The notes under the pieces: generated by a model
Seen by the model: only the letters and a program-made list of their open reading frames with translations
What the model was told of the DNA's origin: nothing
Databases searched by the model: none
Part shown: in pieces, positions 48,734 to 59,134 of the stretch
How the letters are laid out: each line of letters starts with the position of its first letter
Numbering within the stretch: position 1 is the stretch's first letter
Assembly: GCA_041690595.1 (NCBI GenBank)
Contig: JAWLHB010000001.1
Coordinates: 1-64,000 of the forward strand
Direction: 5' to 3'
DNA from: Lentisphaeria bacterium
GTDB taxonomy: Bacteria > Verrucomicrobiota > Lentisphaeria > JABSQK01 > JAWLHB01
Length of the DNA: 64,000 bases
Made by a program: the position numbers and the translations under genes

Positions 48734-49750
48734 ATGAGAAGAAGCACGTATGTCTTGATCGGCGTCTTCATTGCGGCCACGGTGATTGCGGGATCGCTGG
48801 GGCGGCTTGCCTTGGAACGGCAACTGAGCATTGCCAATACGCGTGACATGGTCTCGATTCGGCCTATGGCCGGATTTCAGAAATTCGCCGCCGATATTCA
48901 TTGGATGCTCTTCATCCAGTACGGAGGTGCGAACGACGTGGATGCGGAAACGGCGCCGGAGTTCTACCGTAGAATCATGCGCATCATCTCCAACGACCCG
49001 GATTTCTACAGAGCGTACTATACCGGGGTTCTGATGCTTGGGCCGGTCGCGCCGAACCTGGCGCTGGACATTGCCGACCGTGGTTTGAATAATCCGCGGG
49101 TGCGCCTGCACTGGGAGTTGCCGATGCTGGCGGGGCAGATCGTCATGAATCGCGAGAAGATGAAGTACTACAATAACCAGCCCATGGATCAGCAGCAACT
49201 GAGGTTGGCGAATGGCTATTTCGAGCAGGCGAAGAATTGCCCTGGCGCCGGCGGCATCGCCTTACGCAGCTATGTGCGCTCGCTGGCGGCACTGAGGCCG
49301 GGAGACGAGCGCCTGGAGTTGAAGGAGATCGCGGCCTGGTACGATTACTGGCAGAGACAGCGGCGCCCGTTGGGATACTACGGCGATGGTGAATCGAACC
49401 GTATGGACATGGACGTGGAAGAGTTGCTGTTGACGCAGATGCGCGTGGCAAAAGCGCGTTTCCCGAATGATCCAGAAGTGGAAAAACTTGTCGAGCGGAT
49501 TGTTTCAGAAGCCTTTCCTGCACGTCGGCTGGACCCAGTTACGCTGCAGGAATACGATGCGGGTGACCTATACTCGCCTCACAGCGGGGTGCGGGTGAAT
49601 GTCTACGGGATATGTGGTGCGTGCAGTGCGGTCTTGAAGGGTCGTTACTGTCACCGGTGCGGTGCCGACTCACAGCCCCCGGCTATTCCGTCCGGAACGA
49701 TCAAGCCGCCTCCCCCACCCAAGGCAGACAGTCGGAAGGGGCGACCGTGA
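48734..49750 (+). CDS. Membrane-anchored helical protein (PilG-like) with C-terminal zinc ribbon
   Basis: N-terminal TM; GFQKFAADIHWMLFIQY, DPDFYRAY; CGAC...CHRCG. Confidence 0.6.
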   Translation: MRRSTYVLIGVFIAATVIAGSLGRLALERQLSIANTRDMVSIRPMAGFQKFAADIHWMLFIQYGGANDVDAETAPEFYRRIMRIISNDPDFYRAYYTGVLMLGPVAPNLALDIADRGLNNPRVRLHWELPMLAGQIVMNREKMKYYNNQPMDQQQLRLANGYFEQAKNCPGAGGIALRSYVRSLAALRPGDERLELKEIAAWYDYWQRQRRPLGYYGDGESNRMDMDVEELLLTQMRVAKARFPNDPEVEKLVERIVSEAFPARRLDPVTLQEYDAGDLYSPHSGVRVNVYGICGACSAVLKGRYCHRCGADSQPPAIPSGTIKPPPPPKADSRKGRP

Positions 49751-50466
49751 TTGGCAAGGCATCAGCGCCGACACACCATAGTTGTGCCGGCTGTCCTCGT
49801 CGCCAATGGCTGCAGGGGCTTCTGGTACTTGGCGTGATTGGCATCTACCTCGGTTCGGAATGGTCGCTGCGCCACCTGGTGTACGGCAAGCCGGAAGCAG
49901 GCTCTCTCGCGGAATTGCTTCCCGCCGCGGAAAAGCTGCCGATGTTCGTGCAGGGGCTGGTGGTGCCGTGGTTGAAGGCCGCGGATCTGGAGCAACGGCT
50001 GGAGATAACCACGGGTGAGGCGCGGATCAAGTTGCTCTATGATCTGGCGGCGTTGCGTTCGGGGCGGTCACAACGGCGGATTTATCAGCAAATCGTGAAG
50101 GAATTTCCAGCCTCCCCGGAGAGCGCACTGGCATGGGCGGCTCTCGTGCGGGAGAAGGCACTCGACGAGCCGGTTGGTGATTACCTGGCTTACATCGAGC
50201 GCTTGAAGGCCGATCCGCAGGCCCGCGTCGGCGTATGGGTGACCGGCTGGGGGGCGATGTCTTCACTTCCCGCAAAGGAGCAGCATCGTTACCTCAAGGC
50301 GATGGCGAAAGCAAACATCGCCAGTTCATCCCTGATGGAGGCCTACGCAGAGCTTCGGCGCCTAGCGGTGCGCGAGAGAAATGATGAATTGGCCCAGCAG
50401 GCAGACGCGCTCCAGCAGCAAAGCCAGCAGTTGTGGATTGACGAGCAGGAAAGGATGATGAAATGA
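49747..50466 (+). CDS. Hypothetical membrane-anchored helical protein
   Basis: GTGA overlap with the upstream stop; one TM (LLVLGVIGIYLG); helical remainder; start uncertain. Confidence 0.55.
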   Translation: MIGKASAPTHHSCAGCPRRQWLQGLLVLGVIGIYLGSEWSLRHLVYGKPEAGSLAELLPAAEKLPMFVQGLVVPWLKAADLEQRLEITTGEARIKLLYDLAALRSGRSQRRIYQQIVKEFPASPESALAWAALVREKALDEPVGDYLAYIERLKADPQARVGVWVTGWGAMSSLPAKEQHRYLKAMAKANIASSSLMEAYAELRRLAVRERNDELAQQADALQQQSQQLWIDEQERMMK

Positions 50467-50497
50467 AGACCTCGATCCCAAGCCGAAGAGAATCGCC

Positions 50498-51274
50498 ATG
50501 TTGCCCATAGCGTCGCTGACATTTCTGCGGCTGAAGGAGCCGGCCTTTCTCTTGCTCGTCGCTGTCGGGCTTTTCATCAGTTACTGCATCTCCGGCCTGG
50601 GATCCTTTTCTTCCGATATCGTCTCGCGTGATCTGCTCTTTGGACAGTCTGAAACGCAAGGGACGATATTATTGGGATCGATACTGGTGACCCTGCTTGG
50701 TGGGCTCATCACGGTTTTCAACGCGGCGGCGGAGATTCCGCGAGACATCAGCTCACGCATGATCGCCATCCTGCTGAGCAAGCCCATCAGCCGCCTCGGC
50801 TATATCTGGGGCAAGTACCTGGGGACGCTGGCGATCGGGCTGTCGTGCAGCTTTCTATGGCTTTCCTTCATGCTGTTCAGCCGGATCTTTCTGCGCGGCG
50901 AACTGGACGAGGTGGTGACGACAGGGATGCTGTGGCGTCAGTATGCGTGTCTGGTTTTTCTGATACCCTTGACAGGAGTCTCCGTCGGTATCTCCTGCTA
51001 TTTTTCAGACATTGTGGCGATGATCATCACCTGCATCTACATGTTCGTCTGCTTTGTGGGGGCGTTGGCGCCTGTGGTCGTAAACTTCGTTGGGGAGACG
51101 AGTCTGGCCTATGCTGTTCTCCTGCCCTATTACCTCTTTCCGAACTCCATTTACTACTTCCAGAGCTATACCGATGCCAGCGATTATCTCGGGCTGCTGG
51201 CGTACGCAATAAGTACGGCCATCCTCTTTGTCTTTCTGGGAAGAGCCCGATTCGACAACGGAGATATCTTCTGA
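50498..51274 (+). CDS. Second ABC-2 type permease
   Basis: EIPRDISSRMIAILLSKPISRLGYIWGKYLG; about 6 TM; paralogous to 47967..48695. Confidence 0.85.
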   Translation: MLPIASLTFLRLKEPAFLLLVAVGLFISYCISGLGSFSSDIVSRDLLFGQSETQGTILLGSILVTLLGGLITVFNAAAEIPRDISSRMIAILLSKPISRLGYIWGKYLGTLAIGLSCSFLWLSFMLFSRIFLRGELDEVVTTGMLWRQYACLVFLIPLTGVSVGISCYFSDIVAMIITCIYMFVCFVGALAPVVVNFVGETSLAYAVLLPYYLFPNSIYYFQSYTDASDYLGLLAYAISTAILFVFLGRARFDNGDIF

Positions 51275-51282
51275 AGCCCTGC

Positions 51283-52842
51283 TCAGGGACTCTCGACGGC
51301 GATGGATGGATTGTGAAGCAGCAGATCGCGGCATTGACGGGCGAGAAAACGCCAGCACAGCAGGCCAATATAGCCGTGCCAGAGCGCGGCTATGAGGGCA
51401 AAGAGCAGGTGCGCAAGCACGCCGTTGATGGGGAAGATGAGGACAATCAGCGTCCAGATCATGAAATAGAGTATGCAGGCTCCAGTGATGCTGTTGGAGT
51501 GGCCATACTTGACGCTCAGAAAGAAGGCCGTTGAACAGCACGCAAACCAGACGCCGACAAGCTCGACGGTGGTCAGCAGCAGATTGATTTGCTTCTCGAT
51601 CGTATCGAGAAAGGTGACGGCGGTCATGAGGCATGCCGCCAACGCGACGAGGTAGGGCATGTAGGCCATGAGGATGCCAATCGCTTTCCCCTCGAGCAGC
51701 TCCCGGTTGCTCAGATCGCTGGTCATGAGGATATCCATGGCGCCGGAATGCTGTTCACGGCTGAAGGCCATGCTGCAGCGCGACACTGTGCCGGCGACAA
51801 TGACCGAACAGTAAAAGAGAGTGAGGAAGCGCCAGACCATCAATGCAGCATCACGAAGGTCCAGGGCGGCAATCGAACTGAAGAGCAGGATCATGGCGGC
51901 GAGAACGACGGAAAAGAAGAGCATCTTGAGGATGCCGAGGCGGTAGCCCCCGAAGGCGGAATAAAGGTCGAGCCATCCGAGCGGGTTGCCCTGGATGTCG
52001 GGTTTCATGGTCAGGCGTTGCATGGTCTGAGTCGACCGCAGGTCATCGCCAAGCCTGGCAACGATCCCGGGACGACGGAGATAAACGAGCGATCGTGGGA
52101 GGAGCAGCCGTGCCAGGAAAAGGGCTGCAAGGGTGGCTGCAAGCATCGTCGCAACATGGAGTTCCAGATGCGGCCCGCTCGTACCCGCCGCAACGGCGAG
52201 AGCTGCCTGCAACGGCGAAACAACGATGAGCCATTTATCGCTGCTGATGGAGATCATGGAAAGGATCGCGGCGACGGTGCTGGGCACAATCAGGAAGATG
52301 AAGGCGCCGATGGCGGCACTCCACACATGGATCTGTGGCATGTTGCGGGCAGTCGCCGCAATACAGATGCCCAAGGCGCTGCCCAGCAAGGTAACGGCGA
52401 CGACTACCGCCAACGAGAGCATGAGGATGTGTGGCCCGACGCCTCCGAGTCCATAGCAGATGGCGATGACGGGCAACGCCGAGGCCAGCAGCAGTAGTAC
52501 AAAGGTGAAGGTATAGAGGAACTTGGCGAAGATAAGCTGTCCCCAGCACAATTCGGAAAGCAGAAGCAAGTCAAGGGTGCGCTCTTCACGCTCCCGGATG
52601 AGAACGCTGCCACCAGCCCAGATTGCCATCATGAAGGCGCTGAGCACCAGACCGATCAGCAGGTAGCGGTAAAGCGTCAGGCCGGGCGCAACGGAATTGC
52701 CCTCCATGACGGCGAGGCTCATGGTCAGCAGAAAGGTGCTCGCCACCGTAAGGAGGAAGCGCCTATGGTGAAACCATGGCTGCCGCGGCATGGCGGCTAT
52801 ATCGCGAAAGTACAGGAGCAACGCGTAGAGAAACCATTTCAC
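51283..52842 (-). CDS. Internally duplicated ABC-2 type permease
   Basis: Two copies of the motif: REREERTLDLLLLSEL...AKF and REQHSGAMDILMTSDL...GKA; about 12 TM; start uncertain (GTG 52842 or ATG 52791). Confidence 0.75.
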   Translation of the reverse strand: MKWFLYALLLYFRDIAAMPRQPWFHHRRFLLTVASTFLLTMSLAVMEGNSVAPGLTLYRYLLIGLVLSAFMMAIWAGGSVLIREREERTLDLLLLSELCWGQLIFAKFLYTFTFVLLLLASALPVIAICYGLGGVGPHILMLSLAVVVAVTLLGSALGICIAATARNMPQIHVWSAAIGAFIFLIVPSTVAAILSMISISSDKWLIVVSPLQAALAVAAGTSGPHLELHVATMLAATLAALFLARLLLPRSLVYLRRPGIVARLGDDLRSTQTMQRLTMKPDIQGNPLGWLDLYSAFGGYRLGILKMLFFSVVLAAMILLFSSIAALDLRDAALMVWRFLTLFYCSVIVAGTVSRCSMAFSREQHSGAMDILMTSDLSNRELLEGKAIGILMAYMPYLVALAACLMTAVTFLDTIEKQINLLLTTVELVGVWFACCSTAFFLSVKYGHSNSITGACILYFMIWTLIVLIFPINGVLAHLLFALIAALWHGYIGLLCWRFLARQCRDLLLHNPSIAVESP

Positions 52843-53065
52843 AAGCAGGTGGGATCCAGTTGTCGGCAATGAAGAGAAGCGGCATGCCGCAAAATTCGTG
52901 CGAGGCGTTCCATATTCAGAAAATAGGCGGCGGGCAGCGATATGGCAAATAGAATGTTGCGAAGGAGGATAGCGCGAGTATTTGGCCGAACGTCCTTGAT
53001 CGTGCTCCAGCAGGACTGTACATTTGACCGATAGTGTTGAAAGGTCCCACGGCGAGCTGCGAGGT

Positions 53066-53815
53066 ATGGGTTTGTCCACGGCTGCACAAGAGCGTCGCGA
53101 TATTGTGATTCGTGCCATCGGTGTGAAGCGGTACTATGGTGAAGGTGAAGCCGTCACCAAGGCTCTTGACGGGATAACGCTGGATATTTATCGGGGCGAG
53201 TATCTCTCCATCATGGGGCCGTCCGGGTCGGGTAAATCGACATTGTTCAACATGATCGGCGGCATCGATTCACCAACAGAAGGGATGGTCTTCATCGACG
53301 AGATCGATGTTGCCCAATTGGATTCCTACGAGCTGGCGTGGATGCGCTGCCACAAGATCGGTTACATCTTTCAGTCCTACAATATTCTGCCGGTGCTGAC
53401 CGCGCTGGAGAACATCACCTTGCCGATGATTTTTGCCGGGCTCAGCGCGGATGATGCCCAGGACAAGGCGGTGCGCATTCTGCGCATGGTGGGCCTGGGA
53501 GAACGCATCTTTCACCGTCCATTCGAGATGTCGGGCGGACAGCAGCAGCGAGTGGCAATAGCGCGGGCGATCGCCAACGATCCGGTCATCATTCTGGCGG
53601 ATGAACCGACCGCCAATCTCGACGTGAGGACCGGGCAGGAGATCATCGAGTTACTGGTTCGCCTCAAGGCCGAGCACAACATCACCGTCATTTCGGCTAC
53701 CCATGACATGAAGATGCTGGATGTTTCCGATCGTATCCTGTGGATTCGCGACGGAAGATTACAGCGGCTCGAACAGCGGGCCAATCTGAATATTCGAATT
53801 GGACACATAGGTTGA
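53066..53815 (+). CDS. LolD/MacB-type ABC ATP-binding protein
   Basis: GPSGSGKST, IGYIFQSYN, MSGGQQQRVAIARA, LADEPTANLD, ATHD. Confidence 0.93.
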   Translation: MGLSTAAQERRDIVIRAIGVKRYYGEGEAVTKALDGITLDIYRGEYLSIMGPSGSGKSTLFNMIGGIDSPTEGMVFIDEIDVAQLDSYELAWMRCHKIGYIFQSYNILPVLTALENITLPMIFAGLSADDAQDKAVRILRMVGLGERIFHRPFEMSGGQQQRVAIARAIANDPVIILADEPTANLDVRTGQEIIELLVRLKAEHNITVISATHDMKMLDVSDRILWIRDGRLQRLEQRANLNIRIGHIG

Positions 53816-53825
53816 AGTATCAAAG

Positions 53826-54212
53826 ATGAAGTTGTTTTCCCGCTTTTCCCGTCCCGAATCGGCACCACAGCCGTCGCTCGATCGGCGGCGCTCGTTGAAG
53901 AGCATACCCATGCTGAATCAGGAGGTGAAGACGGAGAGCCGTCCAGATGGCAATCTGACGGTTATCGTGCATCTGAAACGGCGGCGCGGGTGGTTGGGAC
54001 GCCTGCAGCCACCTACCTTCAGCCGCACCTACAAGCTGGATGAACTGGGTTCATTCGTGCTGCGACAAATCGACGGCCGTCGCACCGCTGGCGCCATCAT
54101 CGATGACTTCGTCCGGGAGTACAAGGTCAATCGCCGTGAGGCGGAGCTGTGCGTTACGCAATTCATGAAAATGCTGGTTCATCGTCAGGTCATATGCATC
54201 ATCGTACCGTAG
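53826..54212 (+). CDS. Stand-alone PqqD/RRE family protein
   Basis: YKLDELGSFVLRQIDGRRTAGAIIDDFVREYKV...AELCVTQFMKMLVHRQVI winged-helix pattern. Confidence 0.85.
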   Translation: MKLFSRFSRPESAPQPSLDRRRSLKSIPMLNQEVKTESRPDGNLTVIVHLKRRRGWLGRLQPPTFSRTYKLDELGSFVLRQIDGRRTAGAIIDDFVREYKVNRREAELCVTQFMKMLVHRQVICIIVP

Positions 54213-57200
54213 GAAATGTCTGTTGCCTGCTGGTGGCTGCCCTGATGTGGCTGCTGTCGCTTCAGGCAAGCCCGGCGTGGGAGGCGGCCGATCTTGCCGA
54301 GCAGCTTTCTCGTCTGGTGACCGGGCCGCGCCATGCAGGCAGCCCTGGAAACCTGGAGATGGAGCGCCGCGTCATCGAGCGTTTCTCGGGGAGTGGCCAC
54401 GCGAGCGGCGAAATCATCTTTGCGGCGCCATCGCTGGAGCCGGGAAAGGCACGACTGCTGCTCGGCGATATGGAGATGCGTATCCTGCCGATGCATCCGA
54501 CCGTGGTGAGACCGGGGAACTTTTCTGAGCCTGTCCTGACCACGCGCCTGGTCGAGCTTGGCCGAGGTACTCTCGCTGATATCGATGCGGCGGCAGGGGC
54601 AAAACTGGAGGGAGCGCTGGCCGTGATGGATTTCGCCAGCGGCGATGCGTGGAAACGGCTGACACGCTTCGGCTTCAGTGGATTCATCTTCATTGGCGGG
54701 GAGGACGAGTCCTGGGAGGACGCCGCGGGCAAGGTGCATAATGGCGAAGGGGCTACACCCAGGTACTTTGTCGATAGTGAGGCGGGGCAGCGGTTGCGAC
54801 AACATCTGTCGGCAGCCGCCGCGGGAGCGGTGACGGTGACGGTGGAGTCCGAGCCAACCCGCTGGGTGCGCCGGGAGCTTCGCAATCCATGGTGCTTCAT
54901 CCCCGGCACGGATCCGGACATGTCGAAGAAGGTGATCGTGCTGACGGCGCCGCTGGACAGCAATTCGGTGGTTCCGGATCTGGCGTACGGCGCCCAGTAT
55001 GCGGCCAATCTGCAGTTTCTTCTTGAGACGTACGATCGATTGCGGGAGCGCCCGGCTGGCCATTCCGTGCTGCTGGTGGCGGTCAATGCGCATTGCCAGG
55101 GCTTCCGCGGCGAGCGGGAGTTGGGTTGGTACCTTCTCTCTCCGCTGGGGCCGGTGGAGCGACTGCGTGGGGAAATGGCCCGGCGTATCCGCTGGGAGGA
55201 GATGATGCTGGGGCACTACCAGCGTCTGGCGGGGTTGTCGCAGGGCAAGGAGCTTGAAGAACTGCTGGTGGATTTTCGCACCCTGGTGGATGATAGCATT
55301 GGCCGCCGGGTGACGGTAAAGGAGCCAATCGTCGCACTGGCTCGCCGCGACATGAACCAGATGAAGGCGGAGCAGCTTCGGCTTCGGCGTCGGGAGGATC
55401 TGCCGGTGGATGAGCAAGAGCGGCTCCTGGCTGAGTTGGAAGCGAGAAAAACGGCATATGTGAACGTGCTGACGCTGTTCAACCGAGTACGGCCGCGGAA
55501 GGTGCTGTCCGATTTGAGCGAAGCGGAGGTGGAGATCTTGCGTGGCTATGTGCACACACTGACGGCGCAGTACCAGGGATGGGTGGAGGCCAACCGGCGG
55601 CAGCTGCGGCAGGACGAAGAGAATTCGAGCATTCGCCAGGCGCTCGAAGGACGAGCGGTGGCCATGGTGATCAACCTGGCGCTGACTTGGGGCGACGATT
55701 TCATCGGCTTCGCGGCGGAGCGGGAGCAGGGATGGGAACGCCGCTTTGGCAGCAACAGCGTGCGAATCGCCCGCCAGGCCGAAGCAGATCTGGGAATGCC
55801 CCCCGCTTCCGTCTTTCTCGACACCATGACCAGCCTCGGGGGACGGAGCGAGTACTACTACTTCGGCATCGATCCAAGTGGCCTATATGGCTATCATTCC
55901 GCCAACAAGACGCCGGCGTTCAGCCTGATGACCGCTTTCGCACCGCGAGGTCGCGGCTTCTCGACCAGCGACACGATCGAAAATCTGGACATGGAGCGCG
56001 TCGCCCGGCACTATCGGTTCATGCATCGCTTCTTCGAACTGCTGATGGACGACGGAGCGGTGACGGTGACGGACGAGATGCCCGCGGCGAAATCGGAGTG
56101 GTCAAGCTGGTCGAGCATCATTCGGACGTACAAGTTCGACGAGTTTTCGGCGTCGGTGCTGCCGCAGTTGCCGGTGGCGGATTCGCTCGTTGTGCTCTCA
56201 CATTGGGTGTATGCCAATTATGGGTTCAGTCCACTGATCAGGGGCGATGTCCTCAACTTCGTGATGTTGCAGGCGGACGAACGTGCCACCGTCTTTGCGC
56301 GGAACCTGACAGAGCAGAATTACACGGTTGATGCTTACCAGTTTGACAGCGACTTCCTGTCGCCCCGGCACGTGATCGATGTGGGCGACATCCACGACCG
56401 CTACAACTCGAATCTGCAGATGCATCAGGATAAGACTCTGGCGCTTTTTCCCTGCAAGGAGTTTCCCCTTGCCAATCGATATGATGCGTCCCTGGTCGGC
56501 AACCAGCCGATCGTGGTCAATGGCTATATACCGCTGGAGGCGCGGCAGAACTCCACCCCGATGAGCTACGGCCTTGCCGGTGTGCGTGGGCCAAGTTCGA
56601 AATGGATGCAGCGCTCCGATGGACCGGCGGCGATCTTTGCCGAACCGGATGATGAGTTGAAGCTGCTGACCCAACACAATCGACCAATGCTGAACGCGAC
56701 GGCAACGATGCCGGAAGGGAAGGGCTACATGCAGCCGCCTGTCGGTGACTACTTCTGGTTGGCGACGCAGGATCTCGGGGTGCTCAACGAGCACCGCCTG
56801 AACCAGATGCATGGCGTCACGAACGAACTGGCCGTCGAAGCCCTGGCGCTGGGGGAGGAGAAGCTGGCTGAGGCGGAAGCGGCGCGCGAGCAGTTGAATC
56901 CCATGGCATGGTCGCGATTGGCGCATGTCGCCCTCGGGTCCATGACCAAGGCGTATGCACACCTGCGAAGCATGAACAATGACATGCTGATTGCGGTGGT
57001 CTTCTATGTTGCGCTGCTGTTGCCGTTCTGCTTTTTCATGCAGAAGCTCTGCTTCAGCTTTGTGAAGATCGAGCGGCAGATGGCAGCTTTCGCGCTCCTG
57101 TTTGTGATCACGTTTCTGATCTTCCGGTATATTCACCCGGCCTTTCGAGTGGCCCAGGCCGCCGAAGCGATTTTCGTAGCCTTTGTCATGTTGGCTCTGG

Positions 57201-59131
57201 GCTTGTTTGTGATTTTCGTGCTGCACAAGCGGTTCGAAGGGGAGATGCAGGCTCTCTTTCAGACGTATCTTGGCGTGACGGCTACGGTAGGCTACTCGAC
57301 CGTGGGACAGAAGGCGATGCTGATTGGCGTGAACAACATGAAGCGCCGACGCCTGCGGACCTTCCTGACGACGGCGACCATTGTGCTGATCACCTTCGCC
57401 ATGCTGGCTTTCTCCAGTGTGTCGCGCAAAATGAGCCCGACCATGATCGCCCGATCGGCTCAGGCCCCCTATACGGGGCTCTTCTATCAGTGGCCAGGCA
57501 GCCTCACCATGGATGAGCCGACGTTGCTGACGATGCAGGAGCTATTCTCCGACTCCGCCTCGGACATGATTGTACGGCGGTGGTTGATCGGGAAGCGCAG
57601 CACATTCGGTGGACCCATTGCCATTCGTGGCTCGGGCAGCGAGGGACGGTCGGTCCAGGTCGATGCCATACTGGGACTTCCGCAAGCCGACCAGTATCTG
57701 CTGAGCAGAGAGGGATATCCGCTTCTGGAGGGTGGAAGCTTCTTTTCCAGCGACAGCGCTCGCGAGGTGCTGCTGCCGCTGCGGGTCGCCCGGGCTCTGG
57801 AGATTGTCGACGCCGAGCCGGGCAGCGTTTCGGTGCGCATTATGGGCCAGGACTTTCGGGTTATCGGCTTTCTCGAGGGCGACCGACTGCGTGCGATGCG
57901 CGACATGAACCAGTTGCCGATCCTTCCGATCAAGGAGGTAACCGCCAGCGGGTGGCAGGTCAGCGAGACGGAGTCCAACCTCAATATCGATATGGCGGAA
58001 TCGAACGAGAGCAGCATCTTCTTTGTGGATCCGGCCGCTCTGTGCGTGATGCCGGAACAAACGGCTGCCTCGCTGGGCGCGGCACCTTTCAGTCTCTCGG
58101 TGGTTTTTGAGGAGGGGGTGGATGTGTGGGCGATGATGGATCGGATGCTGAGGGCGACGGAGGCGAAGTTCTTCATTGGGAGCCGACGTGGGTTCGAGGC
58201 GGCTGGAGGTCGCCAGATGGGGGCAGGTGTCTATTTCATCGGCTCGGGCTACAAGACCTCGATCGGCGGCCTGACGCGGCTCTTGATTCCATTACTGATT
58301 GCGGGAACAATCATCCTGAACACGATGCTGGGCTCGGTCTATGAACGCAAGTACGAGATTGCCGTTTATAATGCCATTGGTCTGAATCCCAGTCATATCC
58401 GGATGTTCTTCCTGGCGGAAGCTTTTGTCTACAGCGTCATCGGCTCGGTTGGCGGCTACCTCATCGGGCAGCTTCTGGCGATGGGGCTCATCCACTTCAA
58501 GCTGGTGGAGGGGCTGAATCTCAATTTCTCCTCGCTGATCGTTGTTTACGTGATTCTCTTTACCATCGCGGTGGTGCTGCTGTCGACGTTGTACCCGGCG
58601 CATGCCGCGACGCGGATGGCGGTGCCTTCGGGCAAACGCAAATGGTCGTTGCCGGAGCATGACGGCACGCACATGAACGTCGTCTTTCCGTTCATCTATC
58701 AGCCGGATCTGGCCGTTGGCGTGCTGCAGTACGTGGAGCAGTACTTCTCGCGTTTCACGGAGGCATCCGTGGGGGAGCTGATCGCGAACCTGCTGGAGCG
58801 ACGGCGATATCGCGATGACGGGGGGCGGGATGCGTACAGCATGGAGTACGATCTGGCGCTGGCGCCGTACGATCTTGGCGTGACCCAATCCATTGTCTTT
58901 CATCTGGCTTACGACGAGGTGGTGCAGAGCTATCGTCTGCGCATGGAGATCGAGCGCAAGTCCGGCCAAGATACGAACTGGGTGACCGTGAACCGACCGT
59001 TCCTGGAGAAGATGCGCAAATATCTGATCCAATGGCGGAACATGGGGCCGCCCCAGCATCGCGTCTATGTGGAGCAGGCGATGCGAGCTTTCGATGGTGA
59101 GGCAGCAAGTCCGGGCAGGGGGGGGTCCTGA
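54194..59131 (+). CDS. Giant FtsX/MacB-type permease fused to an N-terminal M28-peptidase-like domain
   Basis: Signal peptide; RHAGSPGN, VIVLTAPLDS...GA; NMKRRRLRTFLT; NTMLGSVYERKYEIAVYNAIGLNPSHIRMFFLAEA; LYPAHAA; start uncertain. Confidence 0.8.
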   Translation: MHHRTVGNVCCLLVAALMWLLSLQASPAWEAADLAEQLSRLVTGPRHAGSPGNLEMERRVIERFSGSGHASGEIIFAAPSLEPGKARLLLGDMEMRILPMHPTVVRPGNFSEPVLTTRLVELGRGTLADIDAAAGAKLEGALAVMDFASGDAWKRLTRFGFSGFIFIGGEDESWEDAAGKVHNGEGATPRYFVDSEAGQRLRQHLSAAAAGAVTVTVESEPTRWVRRELRNPWCFIPGTDPDMSKKVIVLTAPLDSNSVVPDLAYGAQYAANLQFLLETYDRLRERPAGHSVLLVAVNAHCQGFRGERELGWYLLSPLGPVERLRGEMARRIRWEEMMLGHYQRLAGLSQGKELEELLVDFRTLVDDSIGRRVTVKEPIVALARRDMNQMKAEQLRLRRREDLPVDEQERLLAELEARKTAYVNVLTLFNRVRPRKVLSDLSEAEVEILRGYVHTLTAQYQGWVEANRRQLRQDEENSSIRQALEGRAVAMVINLALTWGDDFIGFAAEREQGWERRFGSNSVRIARQAEADLGMPPASVFLDTMTSLGGRSEYYYFGIDPSGLYGYHSANKTPAFSLMTAFAPRGRGFSTSDTIENLDMERVARHYRFMHRFFELLMDDGAVTVTDEMPAAKSEWSSWSSIIRTYKFDEFSASVLPQLPVADSLVVLSHWVYANYGFSPLIRGDVLNFVMLQADERATVFARNLTEQNYTVDAYQFDSDFLSPRHVIDVGDIHDRYNSNLQMHQDKTLALFPCKEFPLANRYDASLVGNQPIVVNGYIPLEARQNSTPMSYGLAGVRGPSSKWMQRSDGPAAIFAEPDDELKLLTQHNRPMLNATATMPEGKGYMQPPVGDYFWLATQDLGVLNEHRLNQMHGVTNELAVEALALGEEKLAEAEAAREQLNPMAWSRLAHVALGSMTKAYAHLRSMNNDMLIAVVFYVALLLPFCFFMQKLCFSFVKIERQMAAFALLFVITFLIFRYIHPAFRVAQAAEAIFVAFVMLALGLFVIFVLHKRFEGEMQALFQTYLGVTATVGYSTVGQKAMLIGVNNMKRRRLRTFLTTATIVLITFAMLAFSSVSRKMSPTMIARSAQAPYTGLFYQWPGSLTMDEPTLLTMQELFSDSASDMIVRRWLIGKRSTFGGPIAIRGSGSEGRSVQVDAILGLPQADQYLLSREGYPLLEGGSFFSSDSAREVLLPLRVARALEIVDAEPGSVSVRIMGQDFRVIGFLEGDRLRAMRDMNQLPILPIKEVTASGWQVSETESNLNIDMAESNESSIFFVDPAALCVMPEQTAASLGAAPFSLSVVFEEGVDVWAMMDRMLRATEAKFFIGSRRGFEAAGGRQMGAGVYFIGSGYKTSIGGLTRLLIPLLIAGTIILNTMLGSVYERKYEIAVYNAIGLNPSHIRMFFLAEAFVYSVIGSVGGYLIGQLLAMGLIHFKLVEGLNLNFSSLIVVYVILFTIAVVLLSTLYPAHAATRMAVPSGKRKWSLPEHDGTHMNVVFPFIYQPDLAVGVLQYVEQYFSRFTEASVGELIANLLERRRYRDDGGRDAYSMEYDLALAPYDLGVTQSIVFHLAYDEVVQSYRLRMEIERKSGQDTNWVTVNRPFLEKMRKYLIQWRNMGPPQHRVYVEQAMRAFDGEAASPGRGGS

Positions 59132-59134
59132 CGA

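Noticed and set aside
53826..54212. PQQ biosynthesis assignment for the PqqD-like gene
   Set aside because: No pqqA/B/C/E or radical SAM gene in the window
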